From Amoeboaphelidium protococcarum X5 (taxonomy: Eukaryota; Fungi; Aphelidiomycota): DNA of 64,000 nucleotides. The stretch is from NCBI GenBank assembly GCA_023515725.1, contig JALDTO010000266.1, forward strand, positions 1,155,580 through 1,219,579. The letters run 5' to 3'. Under the pieces are notes generated by a model, which saw only the letters and a program-made list of their open reading frames with translations, was not told the DNA's origin and did not search any database. Positions 52,071-64,000 of this stretch are shown in pieces (positions within the stretch are counted from its first letter, which is position 1; each line of letters starts with the position of its first letter). A program made the position numbers and the translations under genes.

Positions 52071-53822
52071 TCATTTCTAAATAGTTTTCAAATGACTTGA
52101 ACACACAATTAGAGTCTTTGCCAGGACATAAGCTGAAAGCATCAGATCATCCGGGTGACATTATTGCACTTTCTAGTGACTAGATTAGGCACTCAACTCA
52201 TCAACCACTGATGGTAAGTCAGTATCTTGGTATGAAAAGTAATCTTAATGCTCCTTCTCAAACTAATTCTCATACGCACTAGGTGACTTGACTTTGACGC
52301 GATTATCCATCAACTTTTCATTGAGAGCAGATCGCAAATCGAACGCGGTGCTCTTCTTCAAATCACACACAGGAACACCACTGCTTGAACCACGAACCTT
52401 CAACCTCAAATCGCACAGGAAATGAGCGAATCTTGCGTACGAAAATAACAACTGATCGATAGCTTTGACATCCTGCTGCACCATGATCAAATCTTGAACA
52501 GTGGAACCTTGAAGACCGACGAGATTGTTCAGAATATACTTCAAATCCTCTTGATAGATAGAATCATTAACAAATCCATAAACACGATCTCCAGACTTGA
52601 AATTCTCATCATACTTCAGATTGTAGATAATCTCAGCTTACGCTAATTGACGATCCATCACCTTGGTCATTGCTTAATGCGTTCTAACTCTCGACACAAA
52701 AGACAACGGTGAGCTCTTCTTCATAACACTAGACGATACTCCATCGTGATCCGTTATCATATTAGTTATGTAATCTTGATCAGGCGACTAATCAGACGCA
52801 GACACTTTGGAACCTGGCTATAGAACAGAACGCGCATAAGATCTGTAATTGCGACTAGATAGAGACAGATTGGAGAATGTCAAGCCACGATCCATCATAT
52901 ACGGTAGGAGATGTATGACAGTCTAATACATCTAACTAACTTGGAGATTACCCGCTTGCAATCGATTCATCATCAATTACCATTGCTCATTCTTAAGCAG
53001 TACAGTGTTATAGATGGACAACAACTATTAAGCGCTCGCCACATTATAAACTCTCTCCTTGCCATACGCTTGTTCCACAGCATGCAGATTAGATTCCGCG
53101 ACTGATTTCTAATTACCATCCAACAGGAACATTGGCAATCGACTACGCAACCACGAAGAATATGATAAACCTTTCAGCACAAATGGACTAACTCCATAAG
53201 TCAGGATAGAATCTACAAGTAACTTTGCACCAGACATTGTAAGAGACCCAGATAAGAAGGCGTATTTAAGACCGAGAAAAGTCGTTAATGGGTGACTAAT
53301 AAGCGCACCTGTACCCAGCAGGAATGCTGCCATTCTCTTGGCTTTATAATTGCAAGCCTAATTATTTTTATAGTCAGCCCAGGTGATACTTCGCTCCTAG
53401 TTCTTGGCATTAAATAGACCATCTCCATAGTACGCACTCTTTGCGTGATAGATGCTCTTCAACTCTGAAATTACATTGCGGTAATAATTCGCTACCTGAT
53501 TCTGATTACCTTTGATAGGAGGAGACTTGGCGGTGGTATTAACGGATGATTAAGTGGCAGTACTATGTGGCAATGGTGCGCGAGGCTGTTGTTATTATCC
53601 AGTCAGCTTCTGTGCCTTGTATGAGCTCTTTTAAATCGGCAGCGATGATGAAGACGCGTTATTTTACTAATTACTCTTATTATTAAGCTCCTACCATAGC
53701 GCTGGCACTTGTTTATCATTCTTCATTTCGCCTTATGATTTCGCCGCCGAGAACTGCCTACTTGTACCTCCATTCAACAGATGACGCGTCTATAACTAAG
53801 CAGTACGTCTAATCATTATCAT
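52071..53822 (-). CDS. Uncharacterised protein, probably mitochondrial membrane (~583 aa)
   Basis: TGA-free table-6 frame. Arg-rich, acid-free N-terminus (MIMIRRTAQLQTRHLLNGGTSRQFSAAK) and a hydrophobic segment at 53160-53333; no family recognised. Confidence 0.7.
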
Positions 53823-54192
53823 TCAATTCTTTCTATAATGTAGACTTGTGAATTAATTATAACCAGAAATCTCGAATTTATCAAAATGCAAATCGCTAGT
53901 GAGGAACTGAACAGTTGTTGATAATGATGAAACTCTTTTTAAGACAACCTATTTATGATAAAGGTGCAACTCTGATCAGTCAAGACGCGTCACTCAATCC
54001 GATTTCGGTTAGTCAAGTCTCCTCAGTTGCAATTCGCTCATTCGCTCTCCACTGCGATGATCGCTCGACTTGCAGAGAAAATATCAGAACTTTTGATCAA
54101 TTTTCATTCCAGATTGAGACTCTTCTTACCGTAATTCAATATCTAGTAGCATTAATTATTAGCTGATTACTCTTGTTCAAGTAGTATTTATT

Positions 54193-57186
54193 ATGGCGAG
54201 AGATTAAAAGAGTGGGGAGTAGTCGCATCATCATAGAAGTGGTAGGTATTACCATTAGAGCAATAAGGCGAACAAGAAGAACAAGAGTAAGAGTAGAAGT
54301 GGAGGAAGAGAGTCTGTAAGGAGTATCAATGGTAGTAGTAGTATTAAATTGCTGCTATCGAAGAACGCGTCTATCACCAGGTAGAAGTAGCAGTAGATTC
54401 AGCGATAGAGTATTGTTTAGTTTAGACGGAGTGGTGTGAAGAAGATTGGATTGTATGTCCCGCTGTGTCCGAATATCCAATGTCCAGAATTTATGCTGAC
54501 ACGTCAAGATTTGAATGGCGAAGATGCGTCCGATTCTGACTAATCTATTGATTCTTGTCAATTTGTGGTTATCGAACGTCCTGATACTTCATTTAGCTTC
54601 GATAAAACTATAGATCATTAAAGCGATGAGTATCACCGAGTTAGTAGAGATATCGCATGTAATTAATAAGAGTTCCTGCTCAAGATTGTTGAAGGCCTGA
54701 CAGTATGTGACTTTGTTGTGTTTGCATTGAGCGCGCAGGATGAGGTGGATGAATTAGGTATGGCAACGCTGGAGGCTCTGAGATCTTTTGGAATCCCATC
54801 GCTGCCTACTAATAGTAATGTAGGTGGTGGTGGATCATCATCATCGTTATAGAGCAAAGGAGTTGGATTGTACATCATGTCTATGCTGTTGAATACTGAC
54901 CAGATTTAGAAAGAGAAAGATGTTAAAGCCGTGTTGAAGAGTTGTCAGTAGTTTATGGTACAAGAGATGGGTGGTTAATCTAAAGACCACAAGATGTTTA
55001 TCATTTCATCACAGTAATAGTAAAATGCTCACTGTGCCGGATTTGACCAACTGAAAAGAGTCTTGCATACATTGATTCCAACTAGCACACAGTGGCGCGA
55101 ACTCTATCCGTATATGCTGGTTGACAAGCATTCAATATTACCTGACAATGAAATTGATGCTCTAAATAATGAAGAACCTCAATAATCTGTAGTTGTTATT
55201 GAAGGATTCAGTCGTGGAATGCCATTTAATATCAACCGTCACGTTCATTTGAAGTACTTGGGTGACTATAAATGCTCCAAGATTGAAGTGTTGAGTAGAG
55301 ACGGGAGATCCGTAGAGAAAGTGGTCCTACCATCATCTACTTCTGGCGTGTTGTCCCATTTCGATGCATAATTTGATCAATAATGGAATGAGCGTATGGA
55401 TGATGATGATAGTGATCGATCGATGGTAGGCGGACATTCAACGTACTTATCAGATATCTAGGAAGAGGAGGATGAAGAAGTTAAACTGGATGGTCGGTAG
55501 TAGAAGAGCGATGAAGTGATAATGACAAATGGTAGATCTGGTAATAGCGGTTGTGCAGTTGATGCTGAAGGCAAAAGTTATGTCAAAGCTTGGCTCAGTG
55601 GTGAGGAAGATGAGTAGTCTGAGGTGGAATCTTTAATGGAATATGGGCGCACTAGCACATAACGCGGTAAGAATGAAGAGGATGATGAGTATGATCAATC
55701 GGCTCTAGAAGAACTTCGTATGCAGAGAAGATAAATAAAGTCTGCTGGAGATGATCAGGAAATTGATTTGGGAATTGATGATGAGGACATGGGCGGTGAT
55801 ATAAATGATGGTGGAGACTATCGCGCACAGCTTCTCAGAGAATACAAGGAAATGAAAGAGTACATGAAATATCCTGATGAAGTTGCTCCGCTCCCACCAG
55901 ATGTTTTAGTTAAAGATCGTTATCGTAAGTACAGAGGATTGATGAACCGTCTTGATGATGCCGAGTGGGACCTTGACGATGGTCTACCTGATGGTTATGA
56001 TCAGTTGAAGCGATTCTCTCGTAATGGTAGGGATTTCCATTCTCATATGCTCCAGTCTATTGAATAGTAGATCTATCGCGAGTATGATTGTGTAATGAAT
56101 GGCGGAGTATAAGGAGAGCATGATTGTGAAGGAGAAATGAATGGTGGAGATGAGATGGATCAAGATGAAGACATTTTGGCCTCGTAGTTGAGTACGCCTG
56201 GTAGACGCGTAAGATTATATTTGGAGAATGTTCCGGTTGATGAATTCTAGCAGATTATGGAAAAGAATTTTATCAAGGCTGTTTTTGGACTTTTGCCGTA
56301 TGAGCATGAACAGTCAGTGATGAACTTTAGTCTATAAAGGTAGAAGAGTGCCAGAATTGCCTGTGATAAACCAAATGGAAAGAAGATTGACTTTGATATT
56401 GATCCCACTGCGGAATTGATTGAACAGCTGACCAGGATGCCAATTTTGAAGAGTAAAGATGAGTTGCTCATGATGGTTGGTCCGCGGGTATATTAAGGGC
56501 GGCCGGTGTTTTCATAGATGGTGCCGTAAGATTTACAGTCTTTGAAGACATCTCGCGGAGGTGGTCGCAAAACTGCAACATACAAGTCAAAGCAGGTGAA
56601 ATACGTTGCAGCCGGGCAATACGTTGTCGCGTCTGTTATTGCGCCTATCACCATAGGAAGTAAATGTCCAGTGCTGTATATGAAGCAGTCAACGACTGGG
56701 GGTGAAGATGATTAAGACTCTGCACCAATTATCGTAGGCCGCGGAACTTCTTTGCGTCCACATCCTGATAGACTGGTCATCAAGAGAAAGACTCTAGTTG
56801 GTTATCCGACACATATTGCCCCGAGTAGAAAGAGTAAGAAGGCGGTGGTGAAGTTTATGTTTCACAACAGAAAGGATGTCTAGCATTATGCTCATCTGCC
56901 GCTACGTACTCAGATGGGAAGACATGGAAACTTCATCAGAAGTGATAATGGCCTACATCTGGACGATGGTAACGGTGATGGCGATGATGAACATTGTAGA
57001 AGTGGCGCTGCAGTCGGATATCATGGCGCGTTCAAAGCTTAATTTGATGCTCAGCTCAAGAGTTGGGATGTTGTTCTACTCGATTTGTATAAGCGCGTCT
57101 TCCCCAAATACCAGGTGAAGTAGTTGTCGTTGGAGGATATCTAGTCCGCTGTTGAAGACGAAATGGATTGTGAACCATTAAAGTGA
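54193..57186 (+). CDS. TSR1: Pre-40S ribosome biogenesis factor Tsr1 (~997 aa)
   Basis: HHHRSG...QSNK start, YPDEV, RYRKYRGL, GLLPYEHEQSVMNF, PILKSKDEL, PDRLVIKRKTLVGYP, VVKFMFHNRKDV, LDLYKRVFPK; TGA 57184-57186. Confidence 0.92.
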
Positions 57187-57299
57187 GATATATATTTAAA
57201 TTTTATAAGTAGCTATTTTCCAAGACTTGTTGTCCGTCTGATTAATTTGAGATTGTTTCTATAAGCGGCTTATGCAGTAAAGAGGATATTATGATCTTC

Positions 57300-59170
57300 C
57301 TGATTACAATTAGCGAATAGAACCTGGATAACTCTCTTATGCATCCAACTTGCTTCATGCCACGTTCGCTGGCCTTCGCTTTCTACCCACTTCTTATACC
57401 TCGACGCTTTGCTCTTTTACAGTGAACTTAGCTTCCTTCTATTGCCTGCACTTTAGCTTGAGGTTAAGTATTCATTGATTCCTATCTCTTGCTCACGGTA
57501 AGTCTCGTTATGTTGATGTACTTCAAGAGCAGGCTTCACAAAATGTCTCGCAGCATTAGCCGTTAGAGTCTTATAGCTGATTTCTATGACATCTTATGCT
57601 TTCCTAATCGATTTTAGTGAAATGGTCATTGTTGATCTACAGCAAAACTAGGTACAATTTCTAATCCGCCACTATATTCCAAGACGGAATTTGGCGTCCA
57701 TACCGAACAATGATACAGCCAGCTTCAATTTTTAAAACCTAACTTGTCCATTATTGTCGATTGCAATTATGGCATTGTGACTAGCGGCTTACCGTTTGTT
57801 TACATATTCGGACAGATTTTTATTCTTGTCCTAAGTATACACAACCAAATTGCGAAGGCGGCAGCCCGAAATACAGTAGTATTATTTGAGGAGAGGCTAT
57901 TAGAACGTACTTTTTACGTATTGGCATCGTTAACGTACCAACTAATGTAATGCTTGCATGGGATGCCGTACATGACTGGCAGGCAGCAAGAGCATTGCAT
58001 AGCAAAATCATTGAAAACCCACCAGCAACACACTGCTCTTTGGAGCGATTTTATTCAGGAGCCTGATGGCAGTGCATTCGCAGTTGATATCCTCCACCGG
58101 AAGCTAGTCAGGCATCTCTTTGTTGTCTTGAGAAAGATCCTAATGCACAGGTTATTGGTCTTACACATCATTATCAACTCAGCGCGACTCAGATATTACC
58201 ATCAACAAGACGAGCACGCTTTACTCCAATAGCAAAGTCCGGACATCTATTGCAGCGTTTACTGGAATAATTCTCTGGCGTCAATTTGATAATAGCGAAT
58301 GTAGAGAAAATAGACTTAAACTAAACCAGCGGAGGATGTCTCATTCTACCAAACTGAGCGGATCCGTGTTTTCCTGCTGCTCCAAAGAACACCAAATATT
58401 ACGAGGCATTTTCAGGATTTAGATTTAGTTTATTAAGAATATGTCGGACAGCATTTTCTAGCCGAGTTACACGTCTGAACCATGCATCATAATTATGCTC
58501 GTTATTCATACTTCTCCATATTCTTATTACCAGGATGCATTCAAGTAAACAAATTCCAATCTTGATATCCAGTCCAAGAATATAAAAATAAAAAACACCA
58601 GTAGTTCTTTTAGTACACCAGCGACAGTCCCGGGCGCCACACAAGGATTATTTTATTGACTGATGAAATGTTATAATCACAAACTGGAACAGCTCCCATC
58701 CAATATCCATTCGCCAGACTCATTTGCGGCCGTGTCTTTAAGTTTCAATTTCAGAAGATCAGCCAAGCAGTTTTTATCTCTTTCTTTTAGGCTATTAGAC
58801 AATCTTCCTTTATTTTAGTGTCATAGTGCCGGAAAGCTCTCTAACCGATGTCAGCACGATGACGAGAAGCAATAATTAATTCAAATCCTCGCAGACTAGC
58901 TTGAGTCAACAAAACAGCGTACGTCTCCTTGTAATAAGTATATGCTTCGAACACCAACTGCACGCACGTCCTTGACACGGACAATCATTCTTGAATGTTC
59001 CTCCAACACCTTGGGTTGCCACGCCATTAGACTCATCTATATCAAATTGGGCATGGAGCCTGGCATATCAGAAGGAAAAACATCAAGTAAGCCTTCTTTA
59101 GACCACTCTCGCTGCATCTTTATCGCCGCCAAATGGTCATCTCGCATGCTATTCTCTAGAGACACGCGTT
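57300..59170 (-). mobile_element. Degenerate Mutator-like (MULE) transposon relic with SWIM Zn finger and OTU-like fragments; boundaries approximate
   Basis: 57950-57994 reads CSCCLPVMYGIPCKH (SWIM, CxCxnCxH). Downstream VFRAAAFAI (57848-57874) and LYLVLLQINNDHF (57619-57657) resemble OTU boxes; upstream QASLRGFELII and CGARDCRW resemble a FAR1-type N-terminus. Multiple frameshifts; DDE core not recognisable. Confidence 0.55.
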
Positions 59171-59781
59171 AAGTTCCGTAGTGCTGAAACAGACAATTCC
59201 TTTCGTTCACACCAGTTTATCCATCAACTACAGTATATGCTAGTCATCAACTAAGGGGATCCAACCTTTAGTCATCTGTTCATTTCTGTTCATTTTTCAT
59301 AGACTCAATCAGCCAACTGATGCCATCACACCTCCAAAGCAAAACAAGCTAATCCTGTCATAACGTTATACCGATCAGAAGGTTCACATCATCTCATGTC
59401 GCGTCCCCAAGACACAATTACCAATAGAATTTGACATCTAAAAGACTTGAACGACAACTTGATTATTCACTGTCACGAATGCATGGATTATGAGAGAAGC
59501 TAGTGTCGCAGGTTTCGTAGCTGCTGCATTACTGCCCGATAGTAGTACAAGTACGAGAACTAAATTTCAATTACAAGCTGCTATGTTCCCTATTCAGAAG
59601 CAAAAAGTTCCATTGAATATTTTCAAATTTATAACTAATTGATGCCATCAGTTCCAGTCTGTTAAACCATCACATCAGTCCTATCGCGTTCATCCAGATC
59701 GTAAATCACGCGTTCATCTTGCGTTCTTAATACAGATAGAATTGTCTACAACTTAATTACCAGTCAATAACTTCTCGCTAT

Positions 59782-59807
59782 ATAGTATTTTCCAGCTATC
59801 ATCAAGG
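59782..59807 (+). repeat. 26-bp direct repeat, copy 1 (ATAGTATTTTCCAGCTATCATCAAGG)
   Basis: Identical to 62735-62760. Confidence 0.95.
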
Positions 59808-59974
59808 AGCATTACCCAACGCTTGCTTCGATTTTAATAATAAAGAGCGATGAGTCGGTACAAGCGTTGCACTCTTTCAAATCAATGTCAATCATACGAT
59901 ACAATACATCTTATTAGCGGGTGAACCGGGGTCAGATTTTGTCAACCTGCATTGAATACTCTCGACAGTCAGCA

Positions 59975-60235
59975 GCGACAAAACCCCCACCTTCTCTAGC
60001 GCAATATGCGACAAATGTCGCACATTCAGCTTTGGAGAGCATGGACAAATGTCGCACATTTAGATTAGAGAGCAGCGACAAATGTCGCAGGGTGGATGTC
60101 AAACACTGGATTTATAATGTTCTCAGCCTTATAATTGATCTGATCAGTACCAAACTAACTTTGAACTAATTAATGTATTCTATTGAATTTGCAAGGCGTA
60201 AGTTGACTTACAATCACATCCGCGACAAATGTCGC
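59975..60235. repeat. Array of palindromic GCGACA-AA-TGTCGC motifs (partly a ~33-bp tandem repeat)
   Basis: Full copies at 60008-60021, 60075-60088 and 60222-60235; near copy 60043-60055; half site 59975-59980. Confidence 0.9.
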
Positions 60236-60668
60236 TCTAATCAATACAGCTCTGTACTTTGGATGATTTACATCGTCTCTTTCAGTTACACGCATCAAAA
60301 CTTGAAAGTTATATACACTTCTCTCGCGGTGACAGTGGCACTTTTGAAATGACATTGGTGGCAGGTGAACGACCCCAAGCGTGTGTGACGATACAATACA
60401 GTACCCTCGCCACTAGTATGGCGGACAGCAAGTGAACACAGTGCGCACAGCAAACCAAATTGAGAATTAATCAACACATCAGGTCCTTCTGAACCTGGCT
60501 TTCAGATAGCAAATTTGGTATTTACAGCGCCAATGCTTCCCACAAAAGTCAGTCAGTCAAATCACAAGGAACGCTACGGTAAGTCAATAACAACACCAAC
60601 AAAACCACCTTCACGTTACGCTTTCAATAAAAACCTGCCAACAACCACATCATACAGTAAGTGAAACC

Positions 60669-62444
60669 ATGCCTTCAGAAATGCCGCGAAACAGAGTCCA
60701 GCCCAAGGACAGCTCATCCTTTGTTCCCAAAATCAAGATGACGCGCAAGCAGCAAGATCAAGCCAAACAGGAAGAGCCTGTAAAACTAATTGTCTCCACA
60801 TAAGTGGAAACAACATTGGTATAATATTATTTAAATCACATCAAGATGAGTTAGACTGATAGTGGCCTGATTAACTTGCCAAAGCTGTGGCAGAAACTGC
60901 CTGGCGTCGACACGGTGTGGAGCAAGGACCGCAGGGCCAGCAAAATGTATGAGAGATGGAAGAAGAGTGCCCAAGGACGCCAAGCAGAGAAGGACGGACT
61001 GATAGCCAATACATCTGATGTGGCAGTTTGTCTGATAATGCCTTTATTGAGAAAGTTACACATGGACCAACCGATTGTAGAGTTTGGAGAACGGGCTTTG
61101 CTGAGCCTATAACAAGCACAATCTGGCTCTCAAGTGAAACAGACGAACCATCAGCTGCTGCAATCAAGCTCAACCATTGTGCAGGTGGCTGTAGAATTGC
61201 AATCTGACACCAATGCCTCCAAGGCCAATGTTGGAAACTGTGCCACTGAGCCATGTGATCCAGTCAGTGACTCCTCCCAAGCAAAATCATCAGTTCCAAT
61301 TGCTTCTAAGCCATCTTTAGGCGTACATGGCCATCTCCAGCAGCTTGCATCATCAAGTGCGTCCATGAGCAATTCGTTGAAGAGTCAGAAATTAATCGCA
61401 AACATACTGGACTACATGGCGGACGCGTCAGAGATGAATGATGCCATTTGGAAGGTGGAGTTGACATTGGGTAATTTGCCGTCAGTACTGCCACTGAATG
61501 AATTTGAGAATATGATGGAGCAAGGACTTTGCATTGGTCAACAGTCTGAATTGCTTTGTAAAGATATCAATCGTTAGTTCGGGGACATTTCAGGGGAAGT
61601 TTTGAGCACGGTGCAGGGTATAGTTGCATGCGTGATGAAAGCCATTCATTTGCCGATATATACACAAGAAATTGGTTTGCTGTGCTGTGTGTTATCATTG
61701 ATGTATAAGCCGGCAGTTGTTGCGGATCTGGTAAGTAGACTGGTCAGAGCAACTGGCTTATGGAACATCCCTCAGTTGAAAGCCGATTGTCGTGTCTTGG
61801 AGAACATGATTGCTGAGCTGCCCGGATATGAGAAGACAGCAAAGTTTCGCAGTGATTGGTTCGCCTAGAGCTATGTGGCAAGTTGGATGGCATCGTGTTA
61901 TTATAAAAATCCACAGTCTATCATTGCCAAGCTGCCAATCTGGTCCACTATTTGTTATGCTGCGGATCCTAGACGCGCGTTCCTGGCAGTCTCTGTACTC
62001 CATGCTCTGTCAGAGCTGCCTGACATGGATCAGGATTAGTTGATGCGTGCAGTGTAGGTAAAGCCAGGAAATTTGGTGACCTGTGAGCAGTTGGAGTCGC
62101 CGTTATACTGCTTGGCGTTAAAGATGTGTATGGATGCAGTTTTCCCCCAGCAGTCATACGCCGGTGATATTCTGTAAAACTTGAAACGTGCCCATACGAG
62201 CTCTTTCCGTCTGGACAGTCTGAAGCAGCAGATTGTCCAGATTGAGTCAACATCTTTGCCTACTTAAGACATGTCCAAGTGTGCGAAATGCGGTGAGATC
62301 AAAGTTGCAGAATGCATGACGTGCAACTGTTCATTTTGCAATGTCCATTCAGCTGATCACGCCGCACACGCAACCACTCTAGAAGAGTCTGATCCTGGCT
62401 CCGACTCGATGTCAAGTGGCGATACGCATGACTCAAATATTTGA
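60669..62444 (+). CDS. Orphan 591-aa protein: KilA-N/APSES-like N-terminal region, helical middle, C-terminal B-box-like Zn finger
   Basis: TGA-free frame ATG 60669 to TGA 62442-62444 joining three track ORFs. IKMSQTDSGLINLPKLWQKL...YERWKKSAQGRQ resembles KilA-N; CAKCGEIKVAECMTCNCSFCNVHSADHAAH is B-box-like. ORF is solid; domain calls are tentative. Confidence 0.65.
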
Positions 62445-62734
62445 GTGGTTCAATGGATCTTGGATATCTAGTTGGCGGTGATTATTCAATACTATGTTGC
62501 AGGATTAACGGTAAATATTATGAGTGAATAAAATAGTAATGGAAGCTGTGTCTTCTCTCCGGGCTTGTGTATTCATCCGGGTTGTTCTTCTGGCGCCCTC
62601 ACTGCGTGCTCAGTGACCCATCTAGCATCAGCCCAATTTCTTGTTACGTATAAATCGGTTGGCGCGTACGTCGATGGGCAAGACTTTAAGCAAACCGTCA
62701 GTTTACTGTCAATTGATAAGATACTTTGCGCGTG

Positions 62735-62760
62735 ATAGTATTTTCCAGCTATCATCAAGG
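62735..62760 (+). repeat. 26-bp direct repeat, copy 2
   Basis: Identical to 59782-59807; this copy has inverted arms TGATAG (62733-62738) and CTATCA (62749-62754). Confidence 0.95.
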
Positions 62761-62854
62761 TGTAAAAGATAAATCAATATTCCCAGTTTTACTTATTTTA
62801 CGTAAACTCGTAACTAATGCAGTAGTAATATCAATACGCCTTAACGTTTTGATA

Positions 62855-64000
62855 ATGAAGCAACCCGCAGCTCCAGAATTTGGCCTGAGTACTAGAGCTA
62901 TTCACTGCTCTGAAGGGGACACATCTTGTACTTAAGCCTGCCCCATAGCGCCACCTAATTACACGTCAACCACCTACTTGTAACCGGGAGAGTTTATCTA
63001 TGGTAGAATTGAGAGTCCCAACGTGGTGCTGGCAGAGAAGACTCTGGCTTAAATGTCAACTGGTGCACCGGATCCCCTGTATGTGTCAGTGTTTTGTAGC
63101 GGTATGGCAGCGATCCAAGCCGTGTTGTACCATTGTCAGCCTCAAGTCATCTACTATCTCTGTGGTTATTATTAGAGTTGCCGCGCTATTAATGCTTATT
63201 GTGATAGATCTCATGGCTGGGCTGTCTGTCACGATATGACTAGTAACTGGTCTGACTCGTCAACCATACCTGATGGCGATGTTAGCAATAATACTCTTGT
63301 CTGGATAGAGTCTCCCATGAATGAGACCGGTTTCCTAATAAGCCAGAGATTGCCGCGCGTTTATGCTCAGTTGTTGAGTGGTGATAGAAAGTTCAAAGTA
63401 GCTGTTGATAACACTATGGCGCCTTATCCTCTATAAGATGCTATGAGATATATCGCACCTGATTTTTTGGTATGTTCTCTGACTAAATTTCATGGCGGAC
63501 ACGCTGACGTTCAAGGTGGAATGGTTGCCACTTCAAGTCATAGCGACAGCGTAGTTTTGAAAGAGTAACGTACACTGCTTGGCACTGTAATGTAAAGTCA
63601 TGATGCTTGGATGCTTGTAAGAAGTTTAATGACTTTTGATTTGCGTCTGACAAAACAGCGTGACAGTGTGAAGGTGGTTGTTGCATATTTGACTTAAAGT
63701 CTAGATCGTGGTGTTTACACTGACTTTCCACATTACATTGAACACTTTGATCACATCATACGTCAAGTGCTGCATCCTCTTGTACAAGACCCTGTATGCA
63801 AAGTGATAAGTCCTGTATTCTCCCTTATATTCAAGACTGGGAAATTGGCGAGACAGTTTAGTTAATGCGGCATGCTGCAAGATGATCACGCTAATAAATC
63901 AAATACTTTGACTGGTGGCGAGACTCGACTGAAAGTCTTCAAAACTGCAACGTCGTTTGGTGGTGTGCACTCACTCATAGATTACAGAGCGTAGTATGAT
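62855..64000 (+). CDS. Cys/Met metabolism PLP-dependent enzyme (cystathionine gamma-synthase/lyase family); 3'-partial
   Basis: FGLSTRAIH, IAPPNYTSTTY, YGRIESPN, FCSGMAAI, VWIESPMN, VAVDNT, PLP-lysine motif CSLTKFHGGHADVQGG, ATSFGGVHSLI. Confidence 0.9.

Noticed and set aside
9541-57186. Mass pseudogenisation or many tiny introns explaining the in-frame stops
   Set aside because: Interruptions are only TAA/TAG, never TGA or frameshifts, occur at Gln positions in essential genes, and the frame is kept without splicing.
57330-57420. Chromodomain (YKKWVESEGQRTWHEASWM, minus strand) at the end of the MULE relic
   Set aside because: Only a loose KW...TW resemblance; too weak to call without a profile search.
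59975-60235. CRISPR array
   Set aside because: Repeat is only 14 bp, the intervening sequences are short and similar to each other, there are no cas genes, and the context is eukaryotic.

Overview
Gene-dense, intron-poor eukaryotic nuclear DNA read with a non-standard genetic code: TAA and TAG encode Gln and only TGA is a stop (translation table 6). The supplied ORF track is therefore fragmented and misses whole genes. Fungal-type genes (velvet, Opi1, group X hybrid histidine kinase) plus this code point to an aphelid such as Amoeboaphelidium protococcarum (inference). Re-read in table 6, the window holds about 19 protein genes: a GPCR, Opi1, DRG1/Rbg1, an LtrA-family protein, aldose 1-epimerase, a swiprosin/EFHD-like protein, a 2233-aa hybrid histidine kinase, a secreted Cys-rich protein, POP4, a Med8-like protein, a velvet protein, Chz1, a RhoGEF, a DUF4449/HAM1-like protein, midasin, an orphan mitochondrial protein, TSR1, an orphan KilA-N-like/B-box protein and a PLP-dependent trans-sulfuration enzyme. 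There is also one tRNA-Lys(UUU). Two accessory islands stand out. The first (~5.7-9.4 kb) has a Ty3/Gypsy relic and a Fanzor (eukaryotic TnpB-like RNA-guided nuclease) written in the host's recoded alphabet. It keeps the D-E-D RuvC triad, has one frameshift and an eroded XPG/PIN-like segment upstream, and has 3' hairpins that are omega-RNA candidates. The second (~57.3-62.8 kb) has a Mutator-like SWIM/OTU relic next to a 3-kb module bounded by 26-bp direct repeats, which carries a palindromic repeat array and an intact orphan ORF. All translations were done by hand; family calls rest on motif recognition, not database searches.
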